From Cetorhinus maximus (Eukaryota), in NCBI RefSeq assembly GCF_964194155.1, contig NC_135890.1:53072001-53136000 (forward strand): a DNA stretch of 64,000 bases, read 5' to 3'. Under the pieces are notes generated by a model. The model had not been told where the DNA came from. It was given only the letters and a program-made list of their open reading frames with translations, and did no database searches. This document shows, in pieces, positions 55,581 to 64,000 of the stretch. Both the position numbers and the translations under genes were made by a program. Each line of letters begins with the position of its first letter. Positions within the stretch are counted from its first letter, which is position 1.

Positions 55581-57194
55581 ACTTTCCTCACCTGTGGCAT
55601 CTTGTGTCAACCATGATAGTCTGGAAATAGCTGGCTAGATTTGCAGACTGAGCAGAATAGCATGAATGTGAGTTGGTAACATGGGAGAGATGATAAATCA
55701 AGGTAGAAAATGCATGAAAGCACTATAGTAATTTTTATTCACTTAAAATGAATAAGTCATGAAATAGACAATGCAAACTTAGTTCGAGATTTTCTGGGAA
55801 TTAGAAGTTTAACATTGATGCTACTATGTACAATACTGCAGTAAGTAAACCATTGTTCACAACATAACCTTATGTTTAGGATATTTTAAACCCTTTTTTG
55901 TTCTCCTGGCATATTCAGTAAGCATTACTGACAGTACTCTTATATATCTTTAAAAAAAAGGTCAAATGCAGTTCTGCTGTAGGGTAACATTTCAGTTTCC
56001 CTTAATAGAGGTTGACACTTTTGGATTTTGTACATTGAATTCATTCCCCCCGCCTCCTCAGAATGTGTGATTATAACCATAATAAAAAATACATATTGGG
56101 TGTGTGTCTTTTCACCAGTGCAATTCTTGACCTGTGCAGTGACCTATTCAAAACATTCTTGTATCCTAGTTGATTATTTTGGACTGGAATCTTCCTGCAT
56201 TCATTAAAGTTTCAGCCACCATTTACTTGATATAACATTGATACTGTAAATGCACAATTAGCCTGTGAGATTTGAGTATGAAATTACAAAAGATTTGTAA
56301 TCTGGGTGATAATAGTATTGCCTGGTTTTTGTTGTCAGTAGTGAAGAAATGGTGCTCATCTGACATCTCACTGACAGGTGCCCATAGACTTTTTCTGGGT
56401 TTGTTGGTGGAAATTGCCTCTAATTCAGCATCAGTTTTAGTATGACACCCTCTAATAGGGGTAAAATAAGAGCAGAGTCCAAACCAAGAAGTATAAAGCG
56501 GGAACTGTAGATTAGATTTAATTGATGTACAGAAAGCAAAATGAAGATTGCAACATATAGATGAGATTAAGGGAAATATAAATGTGAGACAAGCAGAGAA
56601 ACTGAACAAAATTTGTTTTTTAAATTTTCAAAATTAATTTTCTTCTGAAGGAATGATATCCCACATTTATAAAATTAATTTTCCACAGCTGGAGAGATTG
56701 TTCAACAGTAATTGTAACTTATCACATCATTAAATACTTATTTACTCCTGAACTCTCCTGCCCTAATTTTGCCTCTTTTAATATGGAACGAATGAGCAAG
56801 TACAGCAAGTTCATGTTATTTTAGGCAAGAATGTAGGAAATAAAAGCAGGAGCGGGCCATAAATCCCCATGAGCCTGTGCCACCATTCAATAAAATCATG
56901 GCTGATTATTGGACCCAACTCTACTTACCTGTCTGATCCCCATATCTCAGTTTCCCATAGAGTACAAAAATCTTATCAATCCTAACCTTGAATATGCTCA
57001 ACGATTGAGCATCCCCAGCCCTTTTAGGGTAGAGAATTTCAAAGATTCACAACCCTCTACATGAAAAAAATTTCCTTTTCTCAGTCCAAATCAGCTAACC
57101 TGCTTATCCTGAGCCTATTCTCCCTAGTTCTAGACAGTCTAGCCAGGGAAATAGCCTCTCAAAATCTACCCTGTCAAATCTTGCCATTTCGCAG

Positions 57195-59930
57195 AATCAG
57201 AGAGTTTTAACGGCACAGAAGGAGGCTATTTGGCCCATCATGTCTGCACTGGCTCTCCGAAAGAGCATTATGACCTAGTGCCATTGCCCTGCCTTTTCCT
57301 CATACCCCAACACATTGTTTCTATTCAAATAATCATCTAATGCCCTCTTAAATGCCTCGATTGAACCTGCCTCCCCCACACTTCCAGACCGTGCATTCCA
57401 GACCTGAACCATTCGTTGCGTGAATAAGTTTTTTCTAACATCAGATTTGCTTCTTTTGAAAATAATTTTAAATCTGTGCCCTCTCGTTCTTGATCACTTC
57501 ACAAGCAGGAACAGCTCCTCCCTATCTACTCTATCCAGCCCCCTCATGATTTTGAACATCTCTATCAAATCTCCTCTTAGCCACCTTCTCTCCAAGGAGA
57601 ACAGTTGCAACCTCTCTGATCTATTTTCATAACTGAAGTTTCTCATCTCTGGAACCATTCTTGTAAACCTCTTCTGCACTCTCTCCAATGTGTTCACATC
57701 CTTCCTGTAATGTGGTGCCCAGAACTGTACACAATATCCCAGCTGAGGTCTAATGAGTGTCTTACATAAATTCAGCATAACCTCCCTGCTCTTGTACTCT
57801 ATTAATAAATTCTAGGCTACTATATGCTTTATTAATTGCTCTCTCCACCTGTCCTGCCACCTTCAATGATCTATGCATATATACACCCAGGTCTTTCTGC
57901 TCCTGCACCCCCTTCAAAATTTCACCACTTATTCTATATTGCCTGTCCATGTTCTTCCTACCAAAATGCATCACCTCACACTTCTCCACATTGAACTTCA
58001 TCTGCCAGCTATCTGCTCACCCCACTAACTTGTCTATGTCCTCTTGAGTTCCACACTACCCTCCTCGCAGTTCACAACACTCCCAAGCTTGGTATCATCC
58101 ACCTACTTTGAAATTATCCCCTGCACACCAAGATCTAAATCATTAATATATATCAGAAAAAGCAAGGGTCCCAATACCGGGAATGGGGAACTCCACTACA
58201 AACCTTCCTCCAGCCTAAAAAATATCCATTGACCATTCCCCTCTGCTTCCTATTTTTCAGCCAATTTTGTATCCATGTTTCTACAGTCCCTTTTATTCCA
58301 TGAGCAATATTTTTTCTCACAAGTCTGTTGTGTGGCACTGTATCAAATGCCTTTTCAAAGTCCATGTACACCACATCAACAGCATTACCCTCATCGACCT
58401 TTTCTGTTATCTCTTTAAAAAAACTCCAGCAAGTTAGTTAAACATGATTTCCCCTTTAGAAATCCATGCTGGCTCTTCCTTATCAACCCATGTGTTTCCA
58501 TGTGACTACTAATTCTATCCTAAATAATTGTTTCTAGAATCTTGCCGATCACTAAAGTTAAACTGACTGGTCTGTAATTGCTGGGATTATCCTTACAACC
58601 TTTTTTGAACAAGGGGCATAATTCTGCAATTCTTCAGTCCTCTGGCACCTCCCCTGAGTCTAGGGAAGACTGAAAAATTATGGCCAGTGCAATTTCTACT
58701 CTCACTTCCTTCAATATCCTTGAATGCATCTTGTCCGGTCCCAGTGCCTTGTCAACTTTAAGTACCGACAGTCTATTCAACACTTCCTCCTTATCAATTT
58801 TGAAACCTTCTAGTGACAGAGTTTCCTTGTCTGTCACCATAGCCTGGGTAACATCTACATGGTAAAGACGGATGCAAAGTATTCATTAATACCTCAGCCA
58901 TGGCTCCTTCGCTCATGTGTAAATTCCCTTTTAGGTCCCTAATCGTACCTGCTCCTCCATTTACCACTGTTTTACTATTTATATACCTATAGAAGAATTT
59001 TGGACTCGCCTTTATGTTGGTTGCCAGTCTTTTCTCATAATCCCTCTTCGCTTCTTTCATATGCTTTTGCACCTCCCCTCTAAACCTTCTTTATGCCTTG
59101 TGGTTCTCAATTGCATTTTTGACCTGACACCTGTCATAAGCGCACTTTTTCTTCTTTATCTTAATTTCTATTTCCTTTTTATCCAGGGAGCTCTGGACTT
59201 GTTTGCCCTCCCTTTCCCTTTCGATGGAAGATACCTTGACTGTGCCCAAACCGATTCTTTTTTGAAGGTAGCCCATTGTTCAGCTAGTTTTTCCCACCAA
59301 TCTTTTGTTCCAGTCTATCTGACCCAGTTCCATTCTTGCCCCATTGAAGTCAGTTCTCCCCCAGTTAATTATTCTTACTCTGGATTGCCTATCATCCTTT
59401 TCTTTTATCACCCTAAATCATACAATACAATGATCACTGTCTCCTAAATGTTCCCCCACTGGCACTTGATCTACTTGGCTCACCTCATTTCCAAGAACCA
59501 GGGCAACAGTACATTTTTTCTTGTTGGATTGGACACATACTGCTGTAGAAAATTTTCCTGAACACAATCTAGGAACTTTTGCTCTTCTCTGCCCTTTAAA
59601 CTACCAGTGTCCCAATCTACATTTGGGTAATTAAAGACCCCACTATAACTACTCTATAAGTCTTGCATCTCTCTGCAATTTCCCTGCAGATTTGTTCTAC
59701 GTCTTTCTCACTAGTTTGCAGTCTATATACTACACTGAGCGATGTAATTGCTCCCTTTTTGTCCCTTAGCTCTAGCTAAATTAATTCTGTCCTTGAACCC
59801 TCTGAGACATCCTCTTTCTCCAGCACTGCAATGCTCTCCTTAACCAATACTGCCACCCCCTCCTCCTTTCCTTTCTTCTCCGAACGCCTTGTACACAGGA
59901 ATATTTAACACCCAGTTCTGCCCTTCCTTG
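57195..59930 (-). mobile_element. CR1 LINE, ~2.7 kb, nested in an older CR1 fragment (56830-57190 plus 59930-60015)
   Basis: YMDFEKAFDTVPH, KALGPDKMH, MKFNVEKCEVMHFG, LCKTLIRPQLGYCVQFWAP. Confidence 0.9.
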
Positions 59931-61399
59931 AGATCACCTCATCCTTCTAAACTTTAAGAGTACTGCCCATTCTACACAACCTCTTCTCATAGGAAAACCC
60001 TCCTATCCCAGGAATATAAATGTGAGATGCTAACGTTGCTGTCTGAGATTTACCACTCCACTGTTAACCATGCGAGAAAGGCATTTTGCTGTCTGCCTCA
60101 CCATTGACAGGTATTAAATGGCATGAAGTTGCTATATTTGCACGGTAGATACAAATTTCAATCTTAGGACCTTTTTAATGGTGTGATAAGTGTTGATTAT
60201 TGCCAAACAACCTGTTACTGAAAATGAATTAATACATGTTTGGGAGTCTCCTTCAGGTTTTCATTGTTGGAATATTTTTAAAATGTAAAATTTAAGAAAA
60301 TGGTCTTTTCTTGTGTTATTTTATCTTTTATCTCTCGCTCTTAATCCAACCTTCCTTCCCCTCTCTTTATTTCTCTTCTGCACCTGATTTTTGCATTGAA
60401 TTCAATCATTCTAATTCATACTTTTCTCAGTCCTTGTGGTGTTAATTTCACAATCTTTAACCTGATTGAAGAGATACACAATTGCTTGTACTGTACGCTC
60501 AAGTCTAAGATTCCCTCAAAGCAACATTATCAGCTTACATTTTCAGAAAATGTGTCACATAAAAAATAAAAATGTCTAAACATGCATAGGCAATTCTGGC
60601 TAACTGCAGATATCGATAGATTCAGTCCTACAGCAAATTATGGCCCTTTGTTACTTTAATAGCCATTGACAGCATAGCATCAAAAAGCCTCTGGCTAAAA
60701 TCTTAGCATTCTGTGTCGGAATTATTAAGCCATGAATGTAAATGGTGAGATAATCGGCACCATGTGAGAGGTAGCAGCAAGAGCATTCAGTTTGAAACAG
60801 AGACCACACCATAGGTGAAAATGATATTTTCATAATGGCAATTTGGTGAATGAATATTCAGAGCAGAGGACAGAGGAGTGGAGTAGTTTAATTGGAATTT
60901 ATATAGATTAAAAATATAATCTTACTATAAATGTTAATTGAGTTGTAGTTAAGAAAGACAGCTCAGAAAGGGACAGTGATGTGTGGTTCCAGCAGGATTT
61001 TGGAGTTTTGAGTAGCAAAAAGTGTCTTTGACTGAGATTACTTGGGCTAGCGATTTCAAAAACTGAGGTGGAACTGAAGACAATTTGACATATCGGGTAG
61101 GGAGAGAGGTTTCTGGAGTAAATGTTTCAGAAGACATTCATCTTACTGAAAGCCAAGGAGCTAGCATTAATACATTTTTAAAAATCTGGAAAATAATGAG
61201 AATGGAATGGTAAGTATCCATAGGTCAGGGAAAGTGAGGTGAAGCACCCAGATCAAATTACCCTCTCCAGAAAGCTTGAAGCACTGGCTTCCTGGGAAGA
61301 GGATGAAGTCTCTGGGTAGGGCCAGCAAATGGATTACAATGGCACCAACAAACACAAGATGGCTCAGGGACATTTTAGTAATAATACATGATAAGTGAT

Positions 61400-62950
61400 A
61401 TTAGCAATTTGGTTAGGACTGCGTTAATAATAGGAGGCTTGATAATTAGAGGGGTGGACACTATCTTTTGCAAATCAAACTGAAGTTCCCGGTTGTATTG
61501 CTGCCTACTGGTATTTGGATGTTGGGACGTAAGGGAGAGCAGCCAATTTCAGTGGTTCATCTGGAAGCCAACCATCGGGAAAGAAAAGGCCCAAAATCCA
61601 TCCAATCGGACATTATAAAACAAGTGTAGGAGTAGATGGTAATCTCTGAATTATTCCCACAACACATACTAGAGTACATTAGAAAGCTCAGAACATGGTT
61701 AAAAAAGTGATCAGGGAGACTGCTGCATTTTCATTAGGTATTGACACCAGATCCAGGGAAGACAAGCAATGTTCCCTAAGGATGAGCCGCATCTGAACTA
61801 AGAGAGCCAAAGAAATGGCAAAATAGAGAAATATGGAGGAGCCATTGAAAAGGAAGGGGAGTGCATGGAAATTAAGCAATCATAACAAACAAGTTAGAAG
61901 ATAGAAATAAATGAGGTAACTATACCAATAAAGAATTTAGCAAAATTTTAGCATACAGAAGGAATAAAGGTGTAGAGGACAAAATTGAATTGACCAGTAG
62001 GAAAATATATTACGACAAAGTTGTTAACTTATGCTTTCATGGGATAAATCAATGCTATGAATCTGGAGTTACATGTATGTCAGACCAGGTAAGGACAGCA
62101 GAAGGGCAAGAGTGAGCCAGATGGGTTTTTATGACAACTGATAGTTTTATGTTCCAGATTTTTAAAAATGTATTAATTAATCATGGTGGAGTTTGAACCT
62201 GTGTCCCCAGAGCATTAGCCTGGGTCTCTGGAATACTAGTCTTGTGACATTACTACTACACCACTGTCTTCCCCCAACATGTTACCATACAATAGAAATA
62301 GAAAATAGAAGCAAAAAAAAGTTCCTGTATGGTAATATTCATATTGTGCTAAATGAATTTGGTGAATTAGAAGCTATTTGACACAAGAAGATATAGATTA
62401 ACTAGCATGAACAGAAATTTGACTGCAAACTGTGCAAAACTGAAAAATAAATATATCAGGTTATAATAATTTTACAAGGCACAGAGTAGGTAAGTGAGGA
62501 GGAGGAGTAGCAAATTTGGTGAAGGAGAAAAAGTGCCATAGAGAGTACACAGAAATACGTTCAGACAAAGTTAATGTTATCAGAGAGCAAAGTTAATAAA
62601 TTGTTACATTGGTAGGGTAGTATTACAGATCCCATAATAAGGGGAGGAAAAGGTAACCTGTAGAGAGATTAGGGCTAACAGATCTTGTTCTCAGAGATTT
62701 TGATTCCTAACTCATTGATTGGGAGGGAGTAAATAGAGAAAAGAGAATGGAATTCCTGAAATGTGCACAAGATTCTTTCCTCACGCAGTGCGCTCAAAGA
62801 TAAAGGGATTTTCAGGTTACGAGTAATGAAACAGAACCGGTAGATGAATTAAATGTAGGTGAGCACCTCAGGGCTAGTGACCACAATATGATAAAGATTA
62901 AGGTCCAAAGATTTAGCATAAAAACAAGAGAACCACACTGCAATAGGTCA
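61400..62950 (+). mobile_element. Highly decayed CR1 5' region (ORF1 esterase-like plus APE), with an inserted - strand tRNA-head SINE at ~62075-62272
   Basis: IIGGLIIRGVDTIFC...CCL resembles the CR1 ORF1 GDS esterase; GGGVA, YYRS and SDHN are APE remnants. Confidence 0.55.
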
Positions 62951-62959
62951 GATTAGGGA

Positions 62960-64000
62960 AACACAAGAAATAGGAGCAGGAGTAGGCCGTAAGGCCTGTA
63001 GAGCCTGCTCTGCCATTCAATACTATCATGGCTGATCTTGGGCTTCAACTCCATTTTCCTGCCTGCTCCCCATATCACTTAATTCCCTGAGAGACCAAAA
63101 ATCCATCAATCCCAGCCTTAACTGTATTCAATGCTGGAGGATCCACAACCCTTTGAGGTAGAGAATTCCAAAGATTCACAACCTTTTGAAGTAAATTCTC
63201 CTCATGGCTCGGTCTTAAATGATCGCTCCCTTATCCTGAGACTATGCCCCAGTGTTTTAGACTCCCCAACCAGTGGAAACAATCTCTGTGTCTACCCTAT
63301 CAAGCCCCTTCAGAATTTTGTGGGTTTCAGTGAGATCACATCTCAATCTTCTAAACTCCAGAGAATATGAACTCAATTTACTCAGCCTTTCATCATAAGA
63401 CAACCCCTTCATCTCAGTGACCAATTTAGTGAACCTTCACTGTACTGCCTTCAATATATGTATATCCTTTCTTAAATGTAGAGATGAAAACTGTACACAG
63501 TATTCCAGATGTGGTCTCACTAAAACTCTTTACAATTGCAGTAACACTTCTTTATTCTTGTACTCCATTTTCCTTCATAATTCCTTGCTGCATCTGCATA
63601 CTAACTTTGTGTTCCTTGTACAAGCACACCCAAGTCTCTTTGAATATCAACACTCAACAAGTTTTACACCTTTTAAAAATATTCTGCTTTTCTATTATGA
63701 CCAAAGTGAATAACTTCACACTTCCCTACATTATCATCCATCTGTCATCTTGTTGCCTACTCACCTAACCTGTCTATATCTCTTTGTAGCCTCTCTGTGT
63801 CATCCCAACAGCTTACCTTCCCACCTAACTTGGTATCATCAGCAACCTTTAACACATCACTCTGTCTCTTCATCTAAGTCATTAGTATAGATTGTAAATA
63901 GCTGAGGCCCCAGCACTGATCCTTGTAGCACATCACTATTCAGAGCCTGCCAACTTGAAAAAGCCATATTTATGCCCACTCTCTGTTTTCTATCCATTAA
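62960..64000 (-). mobile_element. CR1 LINE 3' portion, continues past the window
   Basis: CR1 3'UTR and RT (ADDTK at ~63830 on the - strand). Confidence 0.88.

Noticed and set aside
46700-64000. SPX (spexin), which follows GOLT1B in human synteny
   Set aside because: I found no NWTPQAMLYLKG-coding exon or convincing signal-peptide exon; the region is mostly CR1/L2 debris.

Overview
Vertebrate genomic DNA, most likely from a cartilaginous fish (inferred from the repeat landscape: CR1/L2 LINEs, Deu-domain tRNA SINEs, Penelope-type repeats). It holds two intron-rich housekeeping genes arranged head-to-head around a CpG-rich bidirectional promoter at ~31.8-32.9 kb. RECQL (RecQ1 helicase) is on the - strand, with 12 coding exons traced from ATG 28533 to position 112 and the 3' end outside the window. 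GOLT1B is on the + strand and complete, with 5 coding exons, 138 aa, 32646-45790. The rest is mostly decayed mobile DNA. The most notable signals are: (i) about 8 dispersed Penelope-type repeat loci, most carrying a minimal hammerhead-ribozyme core, one intact in an inverted pair at 22.2-22.5 kb; (ii) a promoter built from a ~53-bp periodic array of CCAAT boxes; (iii) a Golgi/ER-stress-type motif plus two overlapping uORFs before GOLT1B; (iv) an ORF1-less LINE with a tRNA-derived head and a SINE-sized derivative; (v) Harbinger-like MITEs with 3-bp TSDs. Repeat boundaries are approximate. Family names come from motif recognition, not database searches. I see no clearly novel protein-coding system.
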